A stretch of DNA of 64,000 nucleotides from Tubiluchus corallicola (Eukaryota > Animalia > Priapulida): contig JAQGDQ010000074.1 of assembly GCA_030141605.1 (NCBI GenBank), positions 310,001 through 374,000 on the forward strand. Direction: 5' to 3'. Both the position numbers and the translations under genes were made by a program. Positions 1 to 14,519 of the stretch are shown here, piece by piece. Within the stretch, counting starts at the first letter, position 1. Each line of letters opens with the position of its first letter. The notes beneath the pieces are model-generated. The model saw only the letters and a program-made list of their open reading frames with translations, did not search any database and was not told the DNA's origin.

Positions 1-1019
1 GATATTTATTAATACACTAATTTTATTCTGTGCGGTTATATTCCATTCAGAGTGGGCAATATGTTGTAAGGCCAAAGATAAAAAATTAGGTGTTCACTGT
101 CCTATAAATATATCGTCAGCTTTGGTTGAATCAGCCCCACTAAGGTTAGCGTTATATAAAATAAAAACTGTGCTGAAGTAACCTGTGTCCGTTGGTTCAA
201 ACCAAAGGTCACATTAAAGCATCAGCTGTCAACAAACTAGTGATAGTAAAACATAATGATTTGTTTGACTGTTTTTATAAGGTGGCGTCTAAGAATGTTA
301 ATTTTATAATTCATGATGATCTTTTACGTGCGTGACTATACGATATACATACGTCTATAGTATAATGCGTGATAAATATACTAAGACTGTAAATGCATTT
401 CAATGACATATTCTTTAATAACGCTCCTTGCTCTGTGCGAACATTAAATGTGCTACTATTGTGCTACATTATCATTACATGTGCTACTAGCTGTTTTCGT
501 GTTAAAGTATTTATTTAATTTCGCTTTAATGAGTTTGTTTCTACTTACTTTAATTTTAGCACAATTGCTAATAATTGACATCAGTCATGGATGAGACATT
601 CGTCTATAATTGTAAAATACATATTTTTCTCACACTTAACAGGCATGTAACACAAATCGTTGTGCTCTGCAGCTTTAATACCTACATAAGCGAACCACGC
701 TTGACCTCCCTGTATCAGGCCTTGCCTGTCCTTAAATATTTCCTGTTGCTGAATCTTTCCCGCCAGACTTGTCAACAGGAAGTGATCTATCAATAATTAA
801 GAACGTTCCGTAAGCCTTATTGGATAATGTTTGTCTGCTAGTTAATTTGGCTATTGTGACTGCGACTTGAATGGGCCTATGTCAGGTCCATTTTGTATAG
901 ACTACAGGATCGATACACATTATATAGTCTAGGATGGATGCGCGATTCTCTTCTTAATTCTGCTTGAGAATGACACACACTGCGTGTAGTATCTCTGTGT
1001 TGAATCTTATGTGTTGTCA

Positions 1020-1272
1020 AATAGCATTATTCTTTCTTTTCTTTCATTTTCGTTGTCGCCTTTTCCTTCCCTTCGTTTGCATTTCTTTCCTTTTCAGTTC
1101 CAGTTTCCTTTTCTTCTGCTTGTTCTTTCACTTTCTTTTTCAATATTGGATTACCTAGTATTTTCTTCTTTTACATCCTTGTTTCCGTTTCATTCCTTTC
1201 TCTTCGCTTCTATTCCCTTTCCTTTACCACCCCATCAACCCTTTTCAATCCTTCTCTTTCGTGTCTTTTTTT
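1020..1272. repeat. Pyrimidine-rich (CT/TTC) low-complexity tract
   Basis: Almost purely T/C on the + strand; explains the F/S/L-rich spurious ORFs 964-1158 and 1011-1274. Confidence 0.8.
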
Positions 1273-1902
1273 AAAAAAAATGGAGAATCAAATTGGATGC
1301 TTTTATCCTTTATTGATAATACATCCTACTTATGATACCACAGGAGATATATTTCACACTGCTTGGAATTGCAAAGATACTTCACAACTTTTATACGATC
1401 ACGTGTACACACGTAGCCTTGGACAGATTAATTCGAATATTGAATATGAGTAAACAGTAAAGTTTTGTCTTACATATAAAAAGTGTACATCTGCCCGCTT
1501 CTCATTTGTGTGTTTCGTGCTTGACGTCTCGTGCAGTTTTCAAATGTATAACTATAGTAGCGTATTGCAGACGAAATTAAGAAATTAATAAATAATAACA
1601 TCCGCACAGACATTCTGAAAGCATTTCTTAGCTGGCAGATCCAGCGTGCTGCACCGTTGCCCTTGAAAAAGCCATTTCTACATTAAAGCACAAAAGCATT
1701 GAAATGGCAGGCTTAAAAATTTTGTTTAAAGACGTAACAATTTCTTGCAGCATCATTGATATTTGAAAGCTGCTTAGTAGTCAAAACGCTGCCAAACGTT
1801 TTCAAACAGATTACTTGGTAATACCATGATAAGAAAATCCTGAAAGTATCTTCTATAACGTTCTAGCGGCGTTATTGTCTAAAAGTGGGCAACGTAGTCA
1901 CC

Positions 1903-2163
1903 CTTATCAATGTGATTATGCAGAATCAGAAAGAATTGTTGCCAGCTTGAAAAATCGGTGATGAAGAGGCAAAAACGAAAAAAATGTCACCGAAGTTTTT
2001 ACGCAAACTATTTAAATCGAAGAAAATTCCCAGAAAATTTATATTAAGAAACGACTATGGACATCTATTTCAGAGTGATTGTACCCAAGTTGGACTCATT
2101 TCTATTACTTTCGTTTCGAGCTGACAACAGTTTTTCGGATTCAGCGTAGTCAAATTGATAAAG
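1903..2163. mobile_element. Decayed MITE-like element with ~60-bp imperfect inverted arms
   Basis: Left arm cttatcaatgtgattatgcagaatcagaaagaattgttgccagcttgaaa matches the reverse complement of the right arm (ctttatcaatttgactacgctgaatccgaaaaactgttgtcagctcgaaa); true ends may lie ~25 bp further out. Confidence 0.55.
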
Positions 2164-2708
2164 AAAAAGCGCTACTGGTGGTCTAGTTTTCCGAAAGTTC
2201 GTCCAGTCCTCCCCGTGTTGATAAAAAGGCAAAAAGTGTTGTTTCTAAAATCTAATATTATGATATAAATAAGTGGAGTCAAAGCATGAAAGCTGAAACC
2301 AGTCCGCTAGGCACTACCATCGCTGAACTGCAATCTTGTGCTTAGTTCGCCACTGAAACGGCTTAGTAGGAATGGGTTCTTTAAAAGTAATGTGTTGGTT
2401 ATCTTATTTCTTCAGCAGGCAGGGCTGATTGTTTACAACCTGTTCGCAGATTAGCAACAGAGTTTATATTTGACACATATTGACACGATGATCACATGTA
2501 ACTGACATTCCTAATCGGCTTTTTCATTGACAAAGACGTTGTCCGATTTAATCATCCTTTCTGAATAAGCCTAACTTTGCGGTGCATCGCCAGCAGTTTC
2601 CCAGCCTCGGGGAGAATGTACATCCACATTGAACGTACAAAACATGTGGCAACTTTTTGTGTGGAACAAAAATGAAATCAGTGCACTGCAGCACCAAACG
2701 CACGTTCG

Positions 2709-2993
2709 TACGGAGCTCTGTTAGTGTAATTTTGATTTGAAGAAAAATGTCGTTATAACAACCTAGCTGTCTCGATATAACAACATGCTACGTCATTATA
2801 TTGAGACAAATAAATTCATTTCATTATAACGAGATACTACCGCATGATAACAATTTAGTATTTTGTTATAACGACTTACTAACACGTTATAACGACATAC
2901 TAACTCATTATAATTACATAACCACTTTCCTTTATGACGACTTGGTACCTTATAATAATTATATAGCTAACATTTTTTTTAAAATTGGACCTC
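2709..2993. repeat. Array of ~21-bp units with palindromic core CGTTATAACG (non-autonomous transposon-like), copy 1
   Basis: Repeated (c/g)ttataacga cores; starts with tacggagctc. Confidence 0.65.
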
Positions 2994-3739
2994 TAATCCA
3001 TCTAATCATCGCATCCACTAATTCACACACTCCTAAGTAACCACGTGATTCTGCCCCAAGATGCTATGTGTTGACACTAGTTTATTCATACAGTCTAATC
3101 CCCCAATTAATTAAATTATCTACAAATTTATTAACTTCAATCTCAATCATTTTAAAAGTTTTCTTGTGGTTTCGTTATACGTGATGTAACAGTTATCGCA
3201 TTTGCTCGAGTGCAGAAGATCTGTAGCTTACTTACAGATTTATAACTCAAAGCAGCTAAATGTTAGGCTTTGTTAATCTGATACACTGTAGAAAGATGAG
3301 TTAGAGTTCGTGATTTCAATACGTGTAGCTTATACATGTGTATTGTCGTTTATATCCACAAGGTAAATAAACTGCTATTGTACGTGTACCTGTACGTGTA
3401 GTCCCTATAATTCTATTTCCTAATGTAAAATTGTAACATTCCTGTGCATAAATAAACTGGCGAGATGGTTATTAATGCACAAACTTTAATGACGAATCAG
3501 AAACTTGGCTGGCAACTAACGATATCATTAATTAATTGCGACTGTGACTGCCGGATAATCACAGTCACTTACCTGTCAGAATTCTGGCAATAACAGTCAT
3601 AATTAATAAATGAATTAGAAACTTCTTTATAAAATTCTTGAGGATTCATACAGTGCGGTATGACTCATTCAGATTTTAACGAGTTGGTAACTCTTTATGA
3701 CGTGCTAGAAAGTAGGTGTAGCGAGCCAGTAAGTCGTAA

Positions 3740-4054
3740 AATAACGAGACAGCTGTCTCATTATAACGAGAGAATATTCGTTATAAAGAAGTAGTATGTT
3801 GTTATAACGAGGTACTAGGTCGTATAAAAAGTAGTACATCCTTATAACAACATTGTATCTAATTTTAACGATATCGTTAGACTCAGTTTAACGAGATAAC
3901 TATGTCATTATAATAAGACATGTCGTTATAGCGAGATGCTAAATTATTATAACGAGGTGGCTATGTAGTTACAATGAGAATAGCCGCTATAACGACATAG
4001 CTATGCTGTTATAACAAGACAATTATTAAAAAATAACATTATTGGAGCTCCTAC
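3740..4054. repeat. Array of ~21-bp units with palindromic core CGTTATAACG, copy 2
   Basis: More than 10 degenerate ttataacgag units; ends with ggagctccta, roughly the inverse of the copy 1 start. Confidence 0.65.
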
Positions 4055-7000
4055 GTTCAGGATCTACTGTCACGGTAATACAATAATGCTTTTTATGAGA
4101 TGTCTAATTGGTGTCATGAATGCCTGTGGTAAGTTACTAGGTGTGATAGCTACTTATCATAACATCCAAGATCAGTTGCTAAGTTAAAAATGCTGTCACG
4201 TATCTTAAGAAAAGTAAGCTTCAATTACAAACTGTGACCGTGTAAGCAAAATAAAATGGAACATCGACAAAATTTATTTCCAGTGGTGTTCGAGTTCTAA
4301 GTATACGCTAGTCGTTATACAACAATAAACACCATTATCTATAGAGGTGAGTCAACGAGGGAAACAAGGTTCATAATCTGTAAGTACATGTGCTAATTAT
4401 ATTAGAATTGTTTATAGGTGAAATAAAATTATTAAATTATGAAGCCTACATAATTTTGCCGGTTTGCGGGCATCAGAATTTCAGGTAGCCGTTTTGCTAA
4501 CCGCTGCACAAACTGCTCGCATATTTGACAAAAAAGAATGAGTTGCTAAGCAATTTTTTTTTAATCAAAACGGTCAAGTTCACTCTTCGTTCTGCTTTCT
4601 GTGTCGGGTATTTAGCCTTGAAACCCTGTTGACGCTGTGATTACTCCTGTCAAGCCTAATAGAGATTGAACATGCTTTTACAGAAACCATTTCTGAAGCG
4701 CAAAGCCAAGCAGCTGAAAGATGGATATGAGCAGATGCATAGCGCAGTGTAAAAATAACCACAGTTCTTAAATCTTCGTCACCGACGAACGGGCAATTCA
4801 TGAACAGACTTAACAGTTTCATTAAATGGATCTCAAACGCTGAGAGCCTGTTTAAATCACAGGGGTAGATGAGATAGTTCTGTGAAACGGATCATTTTAT
4901 ATCAATCAGTGTGTTGCGTGGCTTCCTGTAATTTCTACGTAAAAGAAGCCGATAGATTTAAGTGGTCATTACCAACAGTTACGTGAGACAGAACTAAAAG
5001 TGTTATACTATCTTGATAGATCGCATTCGCGGTACACTGTATCAGTTTAGGTTGCTTTTATTTTGCTGCCGGTTTACTTCTCACGTAGATTACTATTGTC
5101 CACAAGTGCTAGAATCCCGTATCTATGTGAGCCCATACGCTGACTGATTCATCTTAACTTGTAAACGCCTAAGCTAGAGTCATGAAACTTAGAGGGCAGA
5201 TACCTTGGGTGGGGGCTTTGAAAGTGGCATGGTGAGCGGTGACTTCGGTCAAAGTTTGAAAAACCGGACAGTATTCCACTCCTCCTAGGGCTTTGAATTA
5301 AATTCTTTTTTATAATTACTTAGGCAATGTGGGGTAGATGTGAATCTGGGCTTTTTAAAAGCTGGGACTCTTATGAGCCCGATTTAAGAATAACTCTAAA
5401 ACTATAGTAAGTAGAATCACGAAACTTGCAGGAAATACAAAGATGAGGTAGAGGCCCAGATGCGAACATTTAAGCATTTTGCATCTTCTAACAAATTTAG
5501 TGTTTATGACCGGCTTCTATCCATCCAATTGGGTTATTTTTCGCTTAGCCTAGTCACAAAAAAGGTAGCAAAACACGCGTAAATGTAGCAACTACAGAGG
5601 AATGTGCATCCTGAATGTTCTTAATAAACAATATGACAAAATTTTGAACGCGCGCCTATGTTTGTGTTGCAAACCAAATTTGGAACAATCGGACACGCAA
5701 CAGCATCAGGGACGTGATTATCAAATCATTAGTTTGCGCCTTCTTGTGGATTTAGCTAAAACACTTGCTGCTAAGACTCCAGGAACTATTCAAAGTTGGG
5801 TGCGGGAGGTACGCCACCACATCGGCTGTAATACAGAACGAAATTTTATGTATAATATGAGTGCAAGACGCTACGTCATAGTATAATATGAAGGGCATCT
5901 AGTGGCTTCTTATTCACTCTTTTCATCAATCCTCTGACATTTTTACTGAAATCTACTGAAGAAAACCCCTTCCTGCAAAACTATCATGCTTCATTAGATA
6001 TGGATTATTCCTTTATATTTGCCTCAAGTCGCCAGAAACTAATAGATAATACTGAAGTGTTAATTCAGTTTTGTAACAACTTTTGACAGAAAATCAGTAA
6101 AACAAAAAACAAAGTTTATGGTGTAAATGGGGACAGTCTGGCAGTGCAGTGATAGTGCTTGATTTTTTAATTGATTTTACACTGACTGAGTTCAAAGATT
6201 TGTTAAAGATAATTATTGCGAAAAGACGTAAACACAGAAAATTTTTTTGCGACTAATTATTTCCTTTAAACAGTAGCATCTGTTTGTAAACTAATCTCAG
6301 TTTAATGTAACAAGCTTTGAACTAAACGGGAAAACCAAGATGTCAATGTACAAGTTGCACGTGCAAGCGTTGTAATTCATTATTTTCTTCTGAAATCTGA
6401 AACTAATATGGGGGCCGATATAACCGAATGTTGCCAAGGCACCTGTACCGGTTGAGTGTCTCATTTCGGCAAGATCACTTATTTTCCGATCCCGTTACAA
6501 CATCTACATTGTTCCCGTCGTTCGGAGCTGCATTCCGGATCACAGAGCGCCTCTAGAAATGTACGGAAAAGCAAAAAGCAAGTCACAAATTCTAATGATC
6601 AATTCCACACGTCAATAAACAGATGTTCATTTCAACCTTGTTTTAGCAGATGTTGAAATAAGACTTGTAGTAAGAGAATCTGCAGAACGTTATGGTCTAC
6701 ATATATATTTGCTAATTAAACTACACTTAAAGCCGGCAATTCACATTTTGAAATGGCGATAGCTCATGCAAATGTCAAATGCCAAATTTACAAGTTTTAT
6801 TAAGCTACAAGGCTTAACAGCAAATGTAAAAACTATAAGTAGGTTTGACAAAGGCGTTTTGACAAACATCACATATACAAGAACTCTATTACCAGTCAAT
6901 AAAAAGTACCTGAAAACCGGTGTTTAGTCTGGAGTTTAGCTCCAGGAAACAACACTCAAGATGTCAATTCCGGAGATGTTGTTCAACTTGCCTTTCAGTT

Positions 7001-9878
7001 GCTTGTGTGGAAAAACTGAAAATAAAACCCTACACACTAACCCCTAAAAACATTATCGGCAGCTTTGAGTTTAGCAAATGGTAAAACACCCTTACATAAT
7101 GTATGTATTTCGTCAAGGGATTATTGTTGCAAATGACTTCAGCTTCCTAGTAGAATAATGTTAGACGGTTAGTTCATTCAATTCGACCGTATTTTCTAAT
7201 TTTTGCAGCTTTTCGCGCGAGCGGATTAAATTTGTGAGAACTCATCATTTCAGGAATGTTACATGAATGACATTATGCCAAACGACTTTCCTTTTTTCAC
7301 AAATTAGAGGACTAGAGCGCCATATGTTACCGATAGAAAAATTTATTGGTTGCACAGAGTATTAATTTTTTGCTACGTTAGATTTATTCAAAGGCGGTTC
7401 GTTGATCCAAAAGACAGAGAGCTAGTTTTGTTTGTTTTTTTTTGCATGAAGAAAAGCATAATAAACGTCTACGAATATTTGCTTGTCTTAAACGGTATAA
7501 GTCAATTTGGTTGAAACCCTATTTGGCTTTATATTTTTCCACATACGATACATCTTGTTCATGTTCTTTCAGACCATCGAGAGAGGACAATGACAAGGAA
7601 GTTATAAAAAGAGTTTGTCAATATAAATGGACAGAATCTGTAATTTAACAGAATAGTGCTAGCTGAATATTGATAATACTGTAATGGCCGAAATGTCGTT
7701 TATTTTTTACTAGCCCTCTACATTGTAATGGTACAAAGAACGAAGTTATTGCGTATTAGCAATGAATAGAGGTATTAATACGCTAATATGGAAAGGCCAC
7801 ACTGGTTTATTACATGTTCATATAGCAGCGCCTATTCCAGTGACATAGAAGATTCACAAAAAGATTTCTGGTCTCTGTTTCGTTTGGCTGGTGCAGCGAA
7901 TCAGCACCATCCGAATTCATTATAATATATAGCAATTGTGAAAGCTTACAGCGAACAGTAAACAATACACACTAAACTTACGAAACCTTTGTATTAACAC
8001 TGCTTATAAAGAAAAACACTCAGATATCATTAAAATTACATTACACTGATACTTACTACAACATTCTGAATGATTTTATTCACTTGTTTTTGGCACACCT
8101 TGCCACTGGTTAAGTTCCAGAGTGGAGCACTCTGTGTAAAAAATCACCATTCTTACTATTAAAAAATTGTTTTTCTAGCAGGTGTGTAAGTGGCCAGAAT
8201 CAGCAGTGAAAGCATTAATATGCGCCAAGCGTTGCAATCAGTTTAATAAATAGCCAAATGTGTATTGCTACTTATACAAGAGTATACGCACTAGATATTC
8301 TTTACACAAGCTTAAAAAATCGATACCACATGTCGATTTGTCGCAGTTGAAAACAACGCTATTACTGTGTTATTTTATGAACTTACAATTACCGGCCATC
8401 GGTTACGTAATTATGTGAAACCATTTTGATCATTTATGAAATCATCTACTTGTTTCCTGCGGTGCGTCAAACCAAACTTTTCACTACATAAAAATGCTAG
8501 TTATACTAAGCATTGAAAAGTCGCAGCCTTGTTTTGAGGAACAGTTTCTTGCTGACGATAATTCTTTATTCTGGTTAAAACCATATATTGCCTGCTATTT
8601 CCTATTTTTGCTATCATCTTCTGTGTTACCTAGTGATCTCATATATTGGCAACGTTTCCAGGATTGATCTCTATCCCAGAAGTTACATTCTTGAGTTTTC
8701 GTGTTGTTAGCTTTGACGTTTCATTTTTTCTAGCAATTTAGGTCATTCTTTTTTAACGGTATCTGTATGGAATGGTGAAGTATTACCCAATGCCATCAGC
8801 GTATTGTTGATCTAATAGAAATGACTTATATGAGTCTGGTGCAGGATAAGTGTGAATCATCCTATTGTAATCTGCCTATAACTTTGCTCAGTGAAAAGCT
8901 GTTGACTTTGCTTCAGATAAATCCGATATTTAGCAGCGCATTAAATGAAAGGATAGTAAATGAACAATATGTAGGATGTTCGTGCATTGTTGATTATGTA
9001 AGTGCATTTGTTAGCAAAATTTTTTCCTGGGCCTCGGCTAGTAGAAAGTAATTCTCAAAATCACTACATGAAGCTGGTTGTACGTTTCTGAGAATAGCTG
9101 CACGCTCCTTTGAGTATACTAAATGATGAGGATCTTAAGAATGCTGCGGACTAACCAGTCTGCAAATAAAAACAAACTATTGTCACTATTTAAAAACAAA
9201 AAGCTTTCTGTCTTAAATGTGTCAGTTTATACGCGTAATAGCCATTCCCCCACACTAGTCAAAATTTCACATTGATTTTAAATGTTCTGATTTGCCCTTT
9301 GGAAGTTATTACTAACGCTCCGAACTATTGTAACGCGACCAGTTCACCTTTAAGAACAAAAGCTGTATTTACGGCGGAAATCCCTTACTTGTTTGATATT
9401 GCTTTCTGTCAGCCAAAGATCTTTTATTCAAAGGCTTTTACCTTCAAGCAAGTCTTAATGATTTTTGTGAAAACAGTCACGTGTTTCGTGTAGGCTTTTG
9501 TTTGAAGTATTGGTTTACGACTTGACAATAATAAATGCTTTACCAAACGTTATATTATTGGTCAACGCATCGTTATGCGTTGCATGACAGTGGTTTATAG
9601 GCATAGTGTCTGTCGAGTACACGAGTTCTTATCCAAATCATTCTTGTTATTTACTTTTCACATTTTACTGGCTTGCAATTCTTAGACTACGATCTCCCTG
9701 GGGGCTATAGTTTCAAAAAGTAAAGTGGAAAAGGCAAAACCTGCATACACAGTCACATCAATGCCTGTATATCTTTCAACTGCATAAAACGTTTGCTGAT
9801 AGAATATCCTGGACACGATTGAAGCAGAAAAATCATGCACACTTATTGCGCACAAGAAGCGCATTTTCAAATGAATTT

Positions 9879-10304
9879 TTAAGATGAAACGAAACTCCGA
9901 TGTGACGTCATCAGACTCATCACATACCGAAAGCTGTTTGCTTCAGCTGAATGGTCTTCTGTTGGTTTGAGCGAAATTGTTTCAAGGCTGCGTGGGTAAT
10001 TTGTTTCTATCTCCTGGAGACTTGCTTTAGTTGTAAAGCCCGACCAATTAACGGTGTTTTGGAGGAGCCTACAGTACGATGGGAGAGGTGTACAAGTAAT
10101 AAGTAGGCTACGTATTCTCTGAAGCATGCGCTGCGTATCATTGAACGCATGTGAAACAGGATCCAAGCTGTGAAGCCATGGGGATAGTATAACCCAATGT
10201 CAACCAGACACTGCAGCATACCAATGCAATGTTTTTGCTACTTTAAAGCTTCTGGACGATTCCTCTGATGAATTAGCTACGTAAATATCAGTGCGGTGAA
10301 TTTG
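9879..10304 (-). pseudogene. Possible decayed BRCT-domain coding segment
   Basis: The frame of ORF 9879-10166 continues upstream through one TGA (10200-10202). KTLHWYAAVSG*HWVILSPWL aligns without gaps to the BRCA1 BRCT1 segment [21 protein letters not shown] (recalled), with the stop at a Gly position. Confidence 0.35.
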
Positions 10305-11054
10305 CTATTTTGTTTTTCTGAAATTTTCGTGCATAATCAAAATTTTTGACGTTGTATCGAAAAAAAACTATTGATTTCTATCTCCACTATGTTTGTGATA
10401 TGAATCATAGGATGTGAATTCGTGTGAATAGTAGCTTTATTCAGGTTATTGCTCAATACAGCACAGATACCAATAATTATTAATGACGGTAAGTAAATGC
10501 CTATAATTACGCGCTATTTAGCACAGGCTTACTGTACCAAAGTAATGTTTTTTATTTGTTGCTTGGCTGCTTTCATCGGCTTAATACAACTAAGCGTTTT
10601 TCAAAAGCATTGCATGATTTTTAAACGAAATTAATGTAATTGACGTGTACGTAAATTTTGTAATTAAAAATATTTTTAGTGCCTCTGCAACTCTCTGTAT
10701 CAAAATGTATATAAACTCTCCACATAAGTTACATTAGTGTTGTTTTTACTGACTGGTAAAATAAAACTTGCCAATAAAACAATAAAAGAGAAGGCAATGT
10801 TTTATTTGCAAACACGATTCTTGCAACTAATAACAACAATATTACTGTGTCTTACTGCATTATCAGTGCTTTGTGAGAGTATCCTATAAAAGTATGATTA
10901 AGACAACTTTTAACAAAAATTATTTTCGTTGAAACTTTTTATATTTAGGGCCCAAAGTAAGAAAGTCAGTCACAATCTTTGGGTACAGTAGTCTGTATAA
11001 AATATTCACGCATCGTGCTTCTTCTAAATTTTCTTTCGTTTTGACTTAAATTTA

Positions 11055-11215
<161 letters not shown>

Positions 11216-12299
11216 TTTATGTAAAAACAAATATATGCAAGTAACTGTCCCTCTATTTGCAGGGAAATTTCATAAATTAATTAAATTTATAATTACATAG
11301 TTCTATGAGGTAAAATATACCTTGCTAACTTTGTGATTAAAAATATTCAGAAAAAACATTTGAAAACCTTTTAAAAACAAGTTCTATAATCAATCAACCT
11401 CCGTCCAATTTTCTACATTCTTGTAAAGACGGTGGATTAAACCGGAGCTAAAAAAATTATGAACGGAATAATTATAAAGGTAACGCGTATTGGAGTTAAC
11501 AGATTTGTAAACTTCTTCATTCAGCAAAATCTGTTTGTTTCTGCATTTTTATACGACTTTATAGTCTCGAAGAAGGCTATGTGTGGACGTCATTTCCAAA
11601 ATTTTCCAGAAATTCATTTTATACGGTAAGCTTGAGCATTTATTATTTTTTTGAACAATATGTATTCTGTTTGTTTGTCAGATTTTAATATCTTATATGT
11701 TTTTAATTGAAACTGAAATAAAAATTGCACTTTTACAGGGTAGAAAGTGCGAGTGAGCGCATAAGTTACTCTCATCACATATCTGATTTTACTGTACTGC
11801 TTCTACCAAGCAACTAAACAATTTGCGTCAGTACTGTAGGTGTGTTTGTTAGTTACAGGCGTTGGTTAGTTTAATTGAACTTCTTGCAATAAATAGCCAA
11901 ACATTGCTGGTGTGATATAAGCATACAATTCAAAAAGTCACGCGACACCTCAACGTTTAAATCTTTGAAATCATGATTCATTTCTTCATTTCATGTGTGT
12001 ATGCATGTATGTACGTTTGCGTTTGTGTATCCAAATAACTGTTTAAGAATTTTCCTGGAATGAAGTGTACCTAAGTATTAGAACTTTATTTTAAAATGAA
12101 GTTGTAGGTCTGTCACAAAACATGCACCTTGTTTTCTTAGACCATTTTTTCCAATTCTGCAATCACATTATCTAAAACTTCAAAAACTTGTTGAAAGCAA
12201 ATCTTCAAAGGGTTCTCTACAGGCTTTAAATTTTTACAATTTTAATTATGCCTAATTATTACAGTTTATTGTGTACAGTATACTGCAGCACTCTACGGC

Positions 12300-12580
12300 A
12301 GTGTTACATCTGATAATGTAATAAACGCCCGATATTGTAATACAAAAAATTAGCACATATTATAATAAAAAATCACCGTGTAGCGTAATACCTAGCCGAT
12401 AATGTAATAAAATTAACTGAAAATATAATAAAAAAAAACTAACGCATAACGTAAGATCTCCAAAACGCATAGTATAATAACCTGAGGTTTAACGCATATT
12501 ATAACACCAGAAAACGAATATTGTAATAACAAAAGTCCTAACCGATAATCAATAACTAGAAAATTAATGTTACATCGTGC
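12300..12580. repeat. Degenerate ~20-25-bp tandem array (core gataatgtaataa), probable non-autonomous transposon
   Basis: Repeated gataatgtaataa / catattataata / aatattgtaataa units bounded by tgttacatc at both ends. Confidence 0.55.
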
Positions 12581-14519
12581 AATTTTCTTATATATATATA
12601 TATATATATTAAAATAATTTTGACTTTTTTGGAATCTGAAGGTGCGCATTGGCATGTTGATTCAATGATATCACAATCCTCTTCAACGCATTATCATCAG
12701 CCCAATGAGTCAATGACATATCAGTTCCTCAATTAACCTTCCGCTTTATGTTATGTTGTTGTTGTCGTTATTTTTGTTTTTTCTCATTTTTATGACTGAC
12801 TTACTTATGCGTTATTTACTTACGTATCAAGTGTTTAGGTATTACCTTGAAATCATTCTGATGCCTTCTTAATGCGATTTGATTTGATGTGATTTGATTT
12901 AAAAACTTCGTGATCACCTCCGATCAATTAAATGTGCAGGCCTTTCATGGAATGTTCACCATGAAATGTGATCATCTTGCCAATTTAGTTTCTGTTAGAA
13001 AAGTTCGATAAGTTTTTGAAAACTTTTGGTCAATGGTTACGAAATGTAATTTACGCACTTACAGTAAATCGAATTCAAAACCATGACAAAGAAGGCATTG
13101 GTCTTGTTCCGTGAAACTCCACCCTGTCAAATTAAATGCAACACAATTAAAAAGCAACACACAGAAAATGATACCTATTTTGACCGCCATGTTCATTTTA
13201 ACTCAATTTACTTAGCAATTAGTGCATTATCACTGTGCCTGATCAGTGGAGTTCGAAACTCGCAAAGCCTGGACAATTTCGCAGGTTCTTTCACTCATTT
13301 GGCCTCGTTTTTCAACAACAGCTTTTAAGGGTGGCCTAACGCTCCGGCAGCAATGGCTTCTGTGAATATGCGAGTGAGAGAATCACAATGAATTCGATGA
13401 TTTTATGGCATTGTTGCAAAGTACAAAGAACTGTGATTACAATTAAATTCACGACCATGCCAGTGTAGCAATACTATCTATACGTTGTAGCATAGTGAAA
13501 GGTCAGCATAAGTTCTTTAAGACTGCTGTTATAAAATTATATATGTTATAAACGAGTAAATATAAGCAACTTCCTATAGTCTCAAGACAGTGTCGGGAAA
13601 TCGCATATATGTTTCCCGAATATAAATTTAATTTTATGTGTCTATAAAATCCCCCCTAAATTCTCTAGCATTTTTTCTAATTAATGAATTTTCCTTTAAC
13701 TACAGCCTTATAATATAGCCTTGAATGCTAAACTTAGATTTGCCCTTAGAATAGGTCTGTAGGTAGTTTCAGACCATACAAGTGTGCATTGCATGAAGCC
13801 CACTATTTGGATTAATTTATGAAAGAAACGTTTATATAAGGCCGCTCGACATGAGCAACAAGGACGACTCTCTTAGCTTTCACTAGCTAACAGAGCAAGT
13901 CCCTCTGTATAGGCCTACAGTGCTAAATTATAGATAAAATTATGGTGCACCTAACTTGAATTTATGTTATGCCTTATAAAGCTGATTATTGTGCTTTAGT
14001 GCGTTGTGCTATTTGTGATAATATGCTATTCATGTAATTGATAATATGTAAGTAAACATTTATGATAGTTAACTAACACGATATATTTGTGAAATTTGTA
14101 ATGTGAGGATCAAACTATAGCTTGTGAAGTATGTATTATCAATGAATTGAATGAATAATTATTTGTTTTGTTGTGGCCACATTTTAATCAAATCTTGTCT
14201 GTTTTTATTGTTGGGTTTGTGAACTTTCGAAATAGGAAGTACGAATGACTAAATAAAAATGATTAAATGTTCAAAGTAGTGAGACACAAACAATTAAAGA
14301 AATACATATCGAGGTTTTCTTTAAAAATGGATAATCGCATAACCTTATCTTAACGACAATCATAAAAAGATTTCTGACAGTTTCAGTCCTGTTACTAATA
14401 GATAACCAGGTTAACGTCCCATAGGTTTCTCCCCTGAGCTTTATTAACATAATAATCATATACAATAAACCAAATTTTCGATAGACGGTAGTTGCTGCGT
14501 TACTGGTTATATAATAGTA

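Noticed and set aside
2709-4054. CRISPR-like repeat/spacer arrays
   Set aside because: Eukaryotic context, degenerate ~21-bp units without long unique spacers, no cas genes.
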